A DNA stretch of 64,000 nucleotides, taken from positions 42,111 through 106,110 of the forward strand of contig JAJPHT010000014.1 in assembly GCA_021325135.1 (NCBI GenBank), in the 5' to 3' direction. Made by a program: the position numbers and the translations under genes. This DNA comes from Pseudomonadota bacterium. GTDB lineage: Archaea > Thermoplasmatota > SW-10-69-26 > JACQPN01 > JAJPHT01. Shown here in pieces: positions 26,992-36,181 of the stretch. The first letter of the stretch is position 1. Each line of letters begins with the position of its first letter. The notes under the pieces were generated by a model. It was not told the origin of the DNA. It searched no databases and saw only the letters and a list, made by a program, of their open reading frames with translations.

Positions 26992-28419
26992 ATGCTGTGG
27001 AGGCTCCTTGTCCCGCTCATGCTCGTCGCGGCCGCCCTGGCCGGATGCGCGACCTCTCCCGACACGCCCGCCGCCGTGGCGCCCGCCTCGGCCAAGACCA
27101 ACCTCACGCGCCCGGACGTGCAGCTTCCCAAGTTCCTCCCGCCCGTCGACATGGGCACCGTGACGCTGGGCAGCGAGCCCTCCGTCGCCGTGGCGCCTGA
27201 CGGCACGGTCTACGTCGCCTCCCCCAGCGTGGGCGCGTGGCGCTCCGACGACCAGGGCAAGACGTTCAAGCCCCTGGGCAAGTCCGCGTGCGGCTTCGGC
27301 CTCCCCGCGTGCCCCGTGACCCAGGAGAACGACGGCAACGGCCTGGACGACCCGGGCGACGCGAGCCTCGCCGTCGCGCCCAACGGCACCGTGTGGAGCG
27401 CGGGCCTCTCCGGCGTCGCGGGCAGCGTCCCCGTGCAGTCCTCCAGCGACAAGGGGCAGACGTGGCCCAAGGGGTACGACGTCGCCAAGAAGAACAGCAG
27501 CGACCGCGAGTGGATCGTCGCCAACTCCACGGGGAGCGTCTTCGTCTCGTGGCGCGACTTCGGCAGCAGCAAGGACCAGACGTGCACCGACCCCGTGGGC
27601 ATCTCGTGCAGCTCGCTTCCCTCGGGCGTCTTCATGGCGCGCCTCGACCCGGGCCAGCCCTGGAGCGAGCCCCTCAAGGTCAGCGACGACGGCCACGAGG
27701 GCCCCATCGCGGCCGACCCCGCCAGCTCGTGGCTCTACCTGCCCCACGCCATGGGCGAGAAGAGCGTCTTCATGGCGCGCTCCCCCGACGGCGGCCGCAC
27801 CTGGCAGGACGTCACCGTGGCGCCCCTCGTCATGGACACCTACGACTTCCCCATCGCGGCCGTCGACGCCGCAGGCACCGTGTACCTCGTCTGGAACACC
27901 GACGAGAGCGAGCCCAACGACATGAACGGCGGCCTCGTGGCCAACGAGGCGGCGATCCCCACCGTGCACCTCTCCGTGAGCAAGGACCACGGCGCGACGT
28001 GGAGCAAGCCCGTCGTCATCTCCCCCGCCGGCGTCCCCGCCCTCTTCCCGTGGGCCGCGGCCGGCAGCGACGGGCGCCTCGTCGTCGCGTGGTACGAGGG
28101 CACGACGCCCACGCCCGGCGACCGCCTGCCCAACGTGTGGCACGTCGCCGTCGCCATGAGCACCACCGCGGACGCCGAGAAGCCCACGTTCAAGGAGGCC
28201 TTCGTCACCGCCGCGCCCAACCACGTCGGCGCCATCTGCACCGAGGGTGGATTCTGCACGCTCAGCGGCAACGACCGCAGCCTGCTGGACTTCTTCGAGA
28301 TCCGCCTCCTCCCCGACGGCAGCCCCGTGCTGGCCTTCGTGGGCGACGCGGACGTCCGCATGGCGACGGTCCACGTCTACGCCAGCCGCATGACGGAAGG
28401 CACGAGCATGCTGGGCTAG
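26992..28419 (+). CDS. BNR/Asp-box (sialidase-fold) lipoprotein
   Basis: Lipobox LAGC; SDDQGKTF, SSDKGQTW, SPDGGRTW and SKDHGATW. Confidence 0.87.
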   Translation: MLWRLLVPLMLVAAALAGCATSPDTPAAVAPASAKTNLTRPDVQLPKFLPPVDMGTVTLGSEPSVAVAPDGTVYVASPSVGAWRSDDQGKTFKPLGKSACGFGLPACPVTQENDGNGLDDPGDASLAVAPNGTVWSAGLSGVAGSVPVQSSSDKGQTWPKGYDVAKKNSSDREWIVANSTGSVFVSWRDFGSSKDQTCTDPVGISCSSLPSGVFMARLDPGQPWSEPLKVSDDGHEGPIAADPASSWLYLPHAMGEKSVFMARSPDGGRTWQDVTVAPLVMDTYDFPIAAVDAAGTVYLVWNTDESEPNDMNGGLVANEAAIPTVHLSVSKDHGATWSKPVVISPAGVPALFPWAAAGSDGRLVVAWYEGTTPTPGDRLPNVWHVAVAMSTTADAEKPTFKEAFVTAAPNHVGAICTEGGFCTLSGNDRSLLDFFEIRLLPDGSPVLAFVGDADVRMATVHVYASRMTEGTSMLG

Positions 28420-28422
28420 CAG

Positions 28423-28447
28423 CGTGGGGTGATTCCCGGAGAAGGGC
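28423..28447 (+). promoter_or_regulatory. shared upstream element (copy 2)
   Basis: CGTGGGGTGATTCCCGGAGAAGGGC, matching 6731-6755. Confidence 0.55.
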
Positions 28448-28475
28448 TTTGTCCTCCTCCGGGCTCTCCTCCTCC

Positions 28476-28991
28476 GTGGCGGGTCCCGACTCCGCGGCCC
28501 TCGACCTCGTGCTCACGGAGTGGCGGCGCTATCTCGAGGCGACCGCCGCGCTCCTGCGCGACCTCGACGGCAAGGCGCTGGAGATCGTCAAGCTCGACGG
28601 CGTGATCCTGGGCCTCGCGGCCGCCGCGGGCGGGCTCCTCGCCCGGAGCGCCCCCGGGCCGCGGCTGGGCGCCATGGCGCGCCTGGGCGCGGCCGTGGGC
28701 GTCGCCGGGCTGGCGCTGCTTGCAGGCTCGATCCTCGCCGCCGTCCTGGTGGTGGGCCGCCGGAACGCCGCGCTGGGCATCGGCGCGCCGCCCGGGCAGC
28801 TCGCGGAAGGGCTCTCCCGCGACGACGCCTGCCGCTACGCCATCGAGACGTATGCGAGCGCGACGGAGACGAACCGCGCGCTGGCCGACCGCAAGGGCAA
28901 GGCCGTGGACTGGGCCCTCGTGCTGCTGGCGCTCGGCGTGCTCCTGCTCGGCGTGGGAGGGTTGGTGCTTATATTGGAGGTGATGGAATGA
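28476..28991 (+). CDS. 3-TM hypothetical membrane protein
   Basis: LDGKA followed by two TM, then N...ADRK followed by a TM. Confidence 0.65.
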   Translation: MAGPDSAALDLVLTEWRRYLEATAALLRDLDGKALEIVKLDGVILGLAAAAGGLLARSAPGPRLGAMARLGAAVGVAGLALLAGSILAAVLVVGRRNAALGIGAPPGQLAEGLSRDDACRYAIETYASATETNRALADRKGKAVDWALVLLALGVLLLGVGGLVLILEVME

Positions 28992-29104
28992 AAGGATGGA
29001 TGGAGCGACTTCGGGCGAACCCATTCCGCGTCGCGACGGTCAAGCGAGGCATCGAGGACGACGCCCCCAAGCCGCACAAGGCGCCTGCGCCGCCGGAAGC
29101 TTGA
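28988..29104 (+). CDS. putative 38-aa peptide
   Basis: GGAGGTGA SD and ATGA overlap; MKGWMERLRANPFRVATVKRGIEDDAPKPHKAPAPPEA*. Confidence 0.45.
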   Translation: MKGWMERLRANPFRVATVKRGIEDDAPKPHKAPAPPEA

Positions 29105-29130
29105 TGGAGGCCTGGGCCCGCTCGCGGCCC

Positions 29131-30558
29131 ATGCTTGGGCGGCTCCTCATTCCGATCCTTCTCGTCAGCGCCGTCGCCGCGGGCTGCATCCAGGCTGCCA
29201 ACGTGTCGCCGGCGTCGACGGGCGCGGGGCTCGAAGGCACGGTCAGCGCGACGCGCCTGCCGCCGCCGGACAAGGACCTCTCGGGCGCCATCGTGTCGGA
29301 CCACGGCGCGCCGTACATGCACGCGATCCCCAACCTGCACACGGGGAGCTATCGCATGGACCTCGTGGGGTACAACCCGCTCCAGGACGATCCGCTCACG
29401 GCGAACTCCGGCTACACGGCCATCACGGTCTTCCACCACGTCGCGTGCGTGTCGCACTTCGCGGGCACGGGCGGCTACGGCGGCGCGACGCTGGTCAACT
29501 TCAGCGACCCTGCGAAGCCCGTCGTCGTGAGCAGCATCCTCTCCACCGCCATCGGCTCGCGCTGCCAGTTCACCGAGGACGGCAAGTACCTCCTCCTCGC
29601 GGACTACGGCGGCCCCGCGCCGGGCACGCCGCTGCCCGACCCGCTGGCGGACGCGGCCTCCTACGGCGTCAGCGTCTACGACGTCTCCGACCTGAAGAAT
29701 CCCAAGTTCCTCTTCCACGACAGCCAGGGCCAGCAGCCCGGCGACGAGGCGGACGTCTCCTCCAGCGAGTACCACAACGTGGGGACCGCGCTGATCAACG
29801 GCACGAACTACGTCTTCCAGACGTACACCGGCAACATCCTCGCCCTGGCGGCGGACGGCAAGTCCATGAAGATCGTCGCCCACGTCGAGGCGACGGACCA
29901 CGACGTGTGGGTCGGCCGGCACCCCATCACGGGGGAGTGGCTCCTCGTCTCCGGCAAGGGGCAGGGCACCGTGTTCTACGGCCTTGACGACCCCACGCAT
30001 CCGAAGCTCCTGGGCGTCTACGAGGGCAACGCGAGCTATCAGGGCTGGCACCGCCAGTGGCCCCTCATGGAGACCGTGGAGGGGCGCGCGCTCATGGTGG
30101 TCGCGGGCGAGGAGTGCGGCAACGGCAAGTCGCTGCCCTACACCGTCCTGGACTTCACGGACCCCACTGATATCAAAGTGCTGGGCCACTGGCAGATCCC
30201 GGGCAAGCCCGAGATCAAGGAGCCCGGGCAGCTTTGCAGCATGAACAGCCACGAGTTCAACACGTGGAACGGCTACGTCGCCACCGGCAACTACCACGCG
30301 GGCGTCTGGGTCTTCGACGTGGGCACCCTGGCGCGCGCGGCGGACCCCGTGACCATCGGCTACTACGAGCCCCACGAGAACCCCCTGGACCACGGCGCCA
30401 CGCGCTACTCGCCCTTCGCGTGGAACCCGGACACGTGGGGCGCGTACTTCGACGACCGCGGCTACGTGCTCACGGCCGACTGGGCCACGGGCTTCTACGT
30501 GCTGAAGGTGCCCGGCCTCACGCAGGAGACGCCGGCGGCTCCGGCGTCGTCGGGCTGA
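29131..30558 (+). CDS. LVIVD-repeat beta-propeller lipoprotein
   Basis: Lipobox AAGC; VSVYDVSD, VLDFTDP and NYHAGVWVFDV. Paralogue of the 14960 gene. Confidence 0.85.
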   Translation: MLGRLLIPILLVSAVAAGCIQAANVSPASTGAGLEGTVSATRLPPPDKDLSGAIVSDHGAPYMHAIPNLHTGSYRMDLVGYNPLQDDPLTANSGYTAITVFHHVACVSHFAGTGGYGGATLVNFSDPAKPVVVSSILSTAIGSRCQFTEDGKYLLLADYGGPAPGTPLPDPLADAASYGVSVYDVSDLKNPKFLFHDSQGQQPGDEADVSSSEYHNVGTALINGTNYVFQTYTGNILALAADGKSMKIVAHVEATDHDVWVGRHPITGEWLLVSGKGQGTVFYGLDDPTHPKLLGVYEGNASYQGWHRQWPLMETVEGRALMVVAGEECGNGKSLPYTVLDFTDPTDIKVLGHWQIPGKPEIKEPGQLCSMNSHEFNTWNGYVATGNYHAGVWVFDVGTLARAADPVTIGYYEPHENPLDHGATRYSPFAWNPDTWGAYFDDRGYVLTADWATGFYVLKVPGLTQETPAAPASSG

Positions 30559-30733
30559 GGGACCTGCGCCACGCGGCGAGGTTCTGCGCGCCGAGCGCGC
30601 GAGCATGGGCCGGCCCGCCTTCACGCGCGGGAGGCCACGACAAGGACGAGCCCCAGGCCGAGCCCGCCCACGCGCCCAGCAGGGCGATCCGCGCGGGAGG
30701 GACGAAGAGCGACCGGGGCGAGGAGGCGCGCTC

Positions 30734-30916
30734 CTACGTGCACTCGGGGCCCAGGAGGTCGCGGAGGGTCGGGGGGAGCGGCGGCGGGGGCGGGCAGTCG
30801 CAGACGGTTCCGCTCTCGGTCTGGTGGCAGGGGGCGGCCGACGCGACGCCCACGGGCGAAGCGGGGGCGGCGCCGAGGAGCAGGACGGCGAGGGCGACGA
30901 GGAGCAGGGTTCGCAA
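30734..30916 (-). CDS. small secreted Cys/Pro-rich peptide
   Basis: Signal peptide, four Cys, poly-Pro; GGAG SD before a TTG start. Confidence 0.55.
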   Translation of the reverse strand: MRTLLLVALAVLLLGAAPASPVGVASAAPCHQTESGTVCDCPPPPPLPPTLRDLLGPECT

Positions 30917-30991
30917 GCGGATCTCCGCCGCGGCACCTGGCGCGCGCAGGCATAAGCCTCGCGGAGGAGCACGGCGACGGGTGCCAGGCCG

Positions 30992-31561
30992 CTACCGCCT
31001 CGGGTTGGGCACGCTGGCCATCTGCGCCACGACGCCCGTGAGGTCGTGCGTCGTGCTGCGCGAGAGGTCCTCCGGGATGGGGTCGCCGAAGCGGCGCACG
31101 ACGATGGAGGAGCGCGCCAGCATGAAGCGGCCCAGCTCGTCGGGGTAGCCCTCGTCGTAGACCACCTCCGCGATGCGCGCGGCCATGATCATCTTGGCGC
31201 AGGTGACGCAGGGGAACGTCGTGGTGTAGAGCGTGGCGCCCGCGATGGCGACGCCGGTGGTGGCGGCCTGGATGATTGCGTTCTGCTCGGCGTGGAGGCC
31301 GGTGCAAAGCTCGTGGTGCGCGCCCGAGGGGACGTTGAGCATCTCGCGGATGCAGCCCATGGTGGCGCAGTGCTCGAACTCGGGCGGGTTGCCGTTGTAG
31401 CCGGTGGTGAGCACGCGCTTCTCCTTCACGAGCACGGCGCCCACGGCGCGGCGGTGGCAGGAGGAGCGGCGCGAGGCGAGGCGCGCCATGTCCATGAAGT
31501 ACGTCTCCCAGTCGGGCCGCTGCGCGAGCATGTCCACCGGGGTCAGGCGCTTCTCCGCCAT
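30992..31561 (-). CDS. dCMP/cytidine deaminase family protein
   Basis: RPDWETYFM, TGYNG, HAEQNA and PCVTC. Confidence 0.9.
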   Translation of the reverse strand: MAEKRLTPVDMLAQRPDWETYFMDMARLASRRSSCHRRAVGAVLVKEKRVLTTGYNGNPPEFEHCATMGCIREMLNVPSGAHHELCTGLHAEQNAIIQAATTGVAIAGATLYTTTFPCVTCAKMIMAARIAEVVYDEGYPDELGRFMLARSSIVVRRFGDPIPEDLSRSTTHDLTGVVAQMASVPNPRR

Positions 31562-31640
31562 GCCCTCCGATGCGCGGCGCCCCACGAAGGAGTTTTCACC
31601 TTGGGTTCCGCTGGAGAGGGGCCTCGGCTCTCTCCGCCCG

Positions 31641-31737
31641 GGGGCTCCGCCCCTTGAATCCCCGAATCTCCGAATCGCAGAATCTCAGGTGGAGATTCGG
31701 AGATTCTGAGATTCGGGGATTCAAGGGGCGGAGCCCC
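31641..31737. repeat. 46-bp inverted repeat built of 8-bp GAATCTCC-like units
   Basis: 31641-31686 versus 31692-31737, three mismatches, 5-nt loop. Confidence 0.9.
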
Positions 31738-31779
31738 AGGCAAAGAAGAGAGAGGAAAACCAGGTGCGCGGAGAGCGCC

Positions 31780-32373
31780 TCAGCCGGGCACGTACTTGTT
31801 GAGCGCCGCCTTCACGTCGATGAGGGAAAGCTGCACGGCCTGGCACGCCTTGTAGCCGCAGCCGACGTAGGCGTCCAGCGCGGGGCCTTCGCCGTTGGCG
31901 GCGGCCAGGAGGGTCTTGCTGTTGTCGCTGGCGGTGAGGTTGCCCAGGTCGAGCTTGGCCGCGGCGACGGAGGCCTTGGCGGCGTCGACGCCCGCACGGT
32001 CGAGCTTCGCGGCCACGAGGTCGTTGTAGACCTTGGTGAGCGCGTCGTGCTGTGCGTTCATGTCCGCGATGGCCGGATCGACCGGGGCGGCGGAGCCCTT
32101 GTGGAGGAGGTGCGGCGCGCCGAAGGCGAGGCCCACGAGGACGACGACCAGCGCCACGCTCACGACGTTGTTGGGCAGGTCGAAGAGGACCTGCTCGTAC
32201 CCCTCCTCGGGGCGGTCCGCGCTCCAGAGGAAGAACGACCCCAGGAAGCCGACGGCCGCGAGGAGCGCGCCCGCGACGGCCCCGATCCACCAGCGGACCC
32301 CGAAGAAGGCCAGGGCTCCCACGGCGAGGAGGCCCAGGAGGGCGCCGAGGGCCACGCGGACGAAGTAGCGCAC
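31780..32373 (-). CDS. membrane protein (3 TM plus helical domain)
   Basis: MRYFVRVALG, three hydrophobic segments and a C-terminal Cys pair. Confidence 0.7.
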   Translation of the reverse strand: MRYFVRVALGALLGLLAVGALAFFGVRWWIGAVAGALLAAVGFLGSFFLWSADRPEEGYEQVLFDLPNNVVSVALVVVLVGLAFGAPHLLHKGSAAPVDPAIADMNAQHDALTKVYNDLVAAKLDRAGVDAAKASVAAAKLDLGNLTASDNSKTLLAAANGEGPALDAYVGCGYKACQAVQLSLIDVKAALNKYVPG

Positions 32374-32506
32374 GCGCGGGGCTTCTCCCCCACGACCTAT
32401 TTGAACCGAGGAGCGGCGTCCGGGACGCCCTTGCGACCTCATGCCCAAGGACCCCTCCACAACGCTTATCCGGCCACGTCTGGCCTGGCGGCCGAGGCTG
32501 CTCCCT

Positions 32507-33670
32507 TTGCGCGCCGCGCCCCTGCTCCTCGTCGCCGTCCTCCTCGCCGCCGGCTGCCTCGGCGGGTCCAAGGGTCCCGCGGCGCCCGACGCGGTCAACT
32601 CCACCTCCGCAGGCAAGGGCAACCTCACCGCGGCGCCCGTGGACGACGGCAGCAAGGCCGCCGTCGCCGACACGGCCCACATGCCGCACATGCACGACTA
32701 CTGGAAGGGCAAGGAGCGCGTCACCATCTTCGACGGCGACCTCTCCCCCGACGCGGAGAACACCACCTTCGCCACCATCTTCCAGTTCCTCTCGGGCCAG
32801 CGCGTCGCGGCGGGCGGCATGCTCTGGAACCTCCCCGACGGCCAGATCGTCTACGAGGGCACGGGCAAGCTCCAGATGACCGCCTCGTGGTCCGACCCCC
32901 GCATCACGGGCATCGGCTACATCTACCGCAGCGCGGCGGGCCCCGACTGGAAGGACGGCGGCTCGCTGCCCAACGGCAAGGCGGCCGACCTCGTGGTGAC
33001 GCCAGCCATGACCGACGCGCCCCACACCAAGGTCAGCCGGTGGCAGTTCGGCTTCGGCCCCGACCAGAGCCCCGGCGCGCTGGCGGGCCCCTTCCACCTG
33101 CGCGTCGACCTCGTGCGCATGAACGACATCATGCTCTTCCCCGCGCACCCGGACTTCTGGCGCGGCAACCACTCCCTCGTCCTCACCGATGTCGACCACC
33201 ACGGCCAGGTGGACAGCTACGTGAAGCGCGGGCCCCAGCTTGCGACCCAGGGCGGCCAGTTCACCGAGGACTACGTCTCCTTCCCGCGCCCCGTCCCCAT
33301 GGAGACGCTGGGCGTCCGCTTCACCGTCACCATCAAGGACGCGACCTCGACGCCGGGCAAGGTGGACGCCTTCGGCTTCTTCTACCACGGCGCGGACACG
33401 ACGACGCCGTACCGCTGCAACGTCCAGGCGCTCAACGCGACGCTCCCCGCCACCCTCACGTGGGACGTGCCCGCCAACGCCGACATGGCCGACAGCCCCT
33501 ACCTGAACGCCTCCCAGTGGCAGTTCCTCGTGGAGCCGCAGGCCGTCGCCGCGGACGGCGCGCCCGAGATGGGCGGCATGACCGACGTGAGCTACGACTT
33601 CCACGTCACGGCCACGGCGTTCGACACGCCCTTCGAGAAGCCTGCGTCTTGCGCTCAGGACCAGGGCTGA
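32507..33670 (+). CDS. lipoprotein of unknown function
   Basis: Lipobox LAAGCLGG, HMPHMHDYW, and an internal duplication (MTDAPH...SRWQF / MADSPY...SQWQF). Confidence 0.8.
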   Translation: MRAAPLLLVAVLLAAGCLGGSKGPAAPDAVNSTSAGKGNLTAAPVDDGSKAAVADTAHMPHMHDYWKGKERVTIFDGDLSPDAENTTFATIFQFLSGQRVAAGGMLWNLPDGQIVYEGTGKLQMTASWSDPRITGIGYIYRSAAGPDWKDGGSLPNGKAADLVVTPAMTDAPHTKVSRWQFGFGPDQSPGALAGPFHLRVDLVRMNDIMLFPAHPDFWRGNHSLVLTDVDHHGQVDSYVKRGPQLATQGGQFTEDYVSFPRPVPMETLGVRFTVTIKDATSTPGKVDAFGFFYHGADTTTPYRCNVQALNATLPATLTWDVPANADMADSPYLNASQWQFLVEPQAVAADGAPEMGGMTDVSYDFHVTATAFDTPFEKPASCAQDQG

Positions 33671-33696
33671 GTTTTTTTCTCCTTGCTCAGGCTCCT

Positions 33697-33766
33697 CGAT
33701 GCAACCCGAACCACCGAACCACGGTTTTCACTGTGGTCAGGTGGCTCGTTGGTTCGGGTTGCATCG
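33697..33766. repeat. hairpin with CGAACCAC 8-bp units between convergent genes
   Basis: CGATGCAACCCGAACCA / TGGTTCGGGTTGCATCG perfect 17-bp stem. Confidence 0.8.
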
Positions 33767-33788
33767 TGCAACTTGACCAGGAGGAATG

Positions 33789-34712
33789 CTATCGCAGCAG
33801 CCGGCGCATCCGCGCCTCCCAGTCGGCCCATCGCGCGTGCTCCAGCGCCAGGGGACCGACGGCGGAGGGTGATAGCACGCCCGCGTCGGTGGCGAAGCCC
33901 TTGACCAAGGGCGCCTCGGTGCGGTCGAAGTAGATGTTGCGCACCTGGACACCGGGCGGAGCGTCGGGCCACACCTCGCCGGGCGCCTTCTCCTCCAGGG
34001 GGATGGACGCCACAGGGCTGATCTTGAAGCGGTCCGCCGCGGCATAGAGCGGCGTGCCGGCGCGCTCGCACGCCATGGCCAGGAGGCGCGTGCCCACCTT
34101 GTTGACCACCGCGCCGTCGGGCAGGATGGCGTCCGCGCCCACGAGGGCGACGTCGGCCTCGCGGGCGTGGAGGCCCAGCGCGGCGTCGACGACGAGGAGC
34201 GTCTCCACGCCCTCCTCCGCGAGCGCGCGGGCCAATTCGCGCCCTTCGAAGCCGGGGCGGCCCTCGGCCACGACCACCCGTGATAGCGTTCCAGCGCGGC
34301 GCGCGGCGCGCAGCGCCTTGGTCACGGTCTCGCTGGCGGAGTGCGTGAGGACGGTGCCGCGCGCGAGGGCGGCCGCGGCGCGGGCGGCGCCGCCGCGCGC
34401 CTCCAGCGCCTGCGCGCGGGTCGCCGCGGTGGCGCGCTCCGCGCGGGGCACGGCCTCGGCGGCGCTCCCCGCGCCGGCCGCGTCGTGCATGGCGAGGTTC
34501 ACGAGGTTCGCGATGGCGGGCATGGAGGGGCGCGCGGCGCGCAGCGAGCGCGCGAGGTCCGTGAGGGAGCCGAGGCCCTCCTTGCTGCGCGGGGCCTCCG
34601 CTGCCGCGCGCTCCAGCAGCTCCAGCGCGTCGAGGGCGAGGAGCGAGGCGCCGCGCTCGCGGTCGGCCACGATGGACGCGAGGCCCGCGGTCCACGCCTG
34701 GGGGAGGGGCAC
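33789..34712 (-). CDS. eIF-2B alpha/beta/delta / ribose-1,5-bisphosphate isomerase family protein
   Basis: RPSM, LTHSASETV, EGRPGFEG, LVGADAI, VNKVGT and NIYFD.T. Confidence 0.85.
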   Translation of the reverse strand: MPLPQAWTAGLASIVADRERGASLLALDALELLERAAAEAPRSKEGLGSLTDLARSLRAARPSMPAIANLVNLAMHDAAGAGSAAEAVPRAERATAATRAQALEARGGAARAAAALARGTVLTHSASETVTKALRAARRAGTLSRVVVAEGRPGFEGRELARALAEEGVETLLVVDAALGLHAREADVALVGADAILPDGAVVNKVGTRLLAMACERAGTPLYAAADRFKISPVASIPLEEKAPGEVWPDAPPGVQVRNIYFDRTEAPLVKGFATDAGVLSPSAVGPLALEHARWADWEARMRRLLR

Positions 34713-34736
34713 GATAGGCTCATGCGGGGGCCCCGC

Positions 34737-35204
34737 TTGAAGGCTGCCGTGCTCCGCACGACCGTCCGCGCCCCGGTGAGGCCCACCGAGGACCCCGCGC
34801 TCGTGCGCGCGGCCGTGCTGTCCATCTTCCCCGGCTCGGAGGTCCACGAGGCGCCCGGCCGCGTCGTGGCGCAGGTCGCGAGCCTCGACCGGCTGCGCCA
34901 GCTCATCGGCTCGCAGCGCATCCCCGACACCGCGCGGGGCGTCATGCTCGCGGGGCTCTCCTTCGACGCGCCCGAGGCGACGTTCCTCCTGGGCAAGCAG
35001 GCCGCCGCGGCGGGGCGCGCGCACTTCGGGCCGCTGCGCAGCCCCCTGGGCGACCTGGAGGTCACGATCCAGGGCGAGGACCTCGACGAGGTGGAGCGCG
35101 CGATCTACTGGCTGGCGCCCGACACGACGGTCCCCGAGGAGTGGGCCGAGGTGCCCGCGCGGCTGCGCCCGCAGGACGTCCCTCAGAACGGCCGCTCGCC
35201 GTAG
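34737..35204 (+). CDS. UPF0201 archaeal RNA-binding domain protein
   Basis: V.PTED...V..A..SIFP, QRIPDTAR, KQAA..G and WLAP. Confidence 0.8.
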   Translation: MKAAVLRTTVRAPVRPTEDPALVRAAVLSIFPGSEVHEAPGRVVAQVASLDRLRQLIGSQRIPDTARGVMLAGLSFDAPEATFLLGKQAAAAGRAHFGPLRSPLGDLEVTIQGEDLDEVERAIYWLAPDTTVPEEWAEVPARLRPQDVPQNGRSP

Positions 35205-36064
35205 ACCTTCTCGTGGCGCGCGAGGGCCTCCGCGAGGGTGGGCTGGCCAGCCTGCGCGCCCACGGCCTCGACGACGAAGGAGCCGCACACGTTGGCGAAG
35301 CGCGCCGCGCGGCCATAGTCCGCGCCGCGCTCCAGCGCGAAGAGGAACCCCGCGCGGTGGGCGTCCCCCGCGCCGGTGGGGTCCACCGCGGCCGCGGGGA
35401 CGCCGGGCGCCGCGAAGCGCCCGCTGGGCGTGTGGACGAGCGTGCCCTCCGCGCCGCGGCTCTCGACGACCGCCCCCACGCCCGCCGCGAAGATGCGCGC
35501 GAGGTCGTGCCCCGCGTCCTTCTCCAGGCGGTCCCGCTCGTGGCGGTTGAGGAAGAGGAGGTCCGTCTCCGGCAGGCAGGCGGTCACCTCCGCGAGGTCG
35601 CGGTGGAACACCTCCTGGCCCGGGTCGAAGGAGACCCACTCGGCGCGGCGCATGAGGGACGGGTAGCGCGCGATCTCGCCCGCGCAGAAGTGCGCGCGGC
35701 CCGGGGCCATCTGCGCGTCGGGCAGGTCGCGCGACGCGCCCGCGTGGAAGAAGGTCACCTGGCGGCCCTCTGAGTCGAAGAAGACGTAGGCCCGCGCGGT
35801 GGGCGCCCGCGTCGCGGCGAGGCCGGAGAGGTCGACGCCGGCCTCGCGCAGCGCGGCCTCGACGCGCGAGCCCTCGAAGTCGGGACCCACCGCGCTCACG
35901 AGGCGCGGTCGCGCGCCCAGCCGGGCCAGCGCCATGGCGACGTTGCCTGCCGTGCCCCCGGGCAGGTCGGGGTGGAGCTCGAGGATGCCAGCCGTCGCCT
36001 CGGGGTCTGGCAGCGTCCTCACGCGCGCCAGCGTGTCGAACGCGACGGTGCCCACGACCTGCAC
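35183..36064 (-). CDS. PfkB family carbohydrate/nucleoside kinase
   Basis: GGTAGNVA, FDPGQ and DPTGAGDAHRAG. Confidence 0.9.
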   Translation of the reverse strand: MQVVGTVAFDTLARVRTLPDPEATAGILELHPDLPGGTAGNVAMALARLGARPRLVSAVGPDFEGSRVEAALREAGVDLSGLAATRAPTARAYVFFDSEGRQVTFFHAGASRDLPDAQMAPGRAHFCAGEIARYPSLMRRAEWVSFDPGQEVFHRDLAEVTACLPETDLLFLNRHERDRLEKDAGHDLARIFAAGVGAVVESRGAEGTLVHTPSGRFAAPGVPAAAVDPTGAGDAHRAGFLFALERGADYGRAARFANVCGSFVVEAVGAQAGQPTLAEALARHEKVYGERPF

Positions 36065-36181
36065 GCGGGCGAGTCGTCCGCCGCCAGCATAAGGCGTGCG
36101 GGTCCGTCGCGGCGGATCCAATCGACCGTTGTGCCAGGAGGGTTATCATCGCGCGGACGGCCAGGATGCTCGGGAAACCCC

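Noticed and set aside
31641-31737. Possible CRISPR or tRNA
   Set aside because: There are no unique spacers, no cas genes and no cloverleaf; it is a single inverted repeat.
30992-36064. Novel nucleoside pathway from deaminase, isomerase-like protein and PfkB
   Set aside because: The genes are interrupted and not one operon, and they are consistent with known archaeal nucleoside salvage.
33789-36149. 786-aa ORF suggesting an eIF-2B fusion
   Set aside because: The upstream part is an off-frame overlap of the PfkB and UPF0201 genes; the domain begins near 34712.
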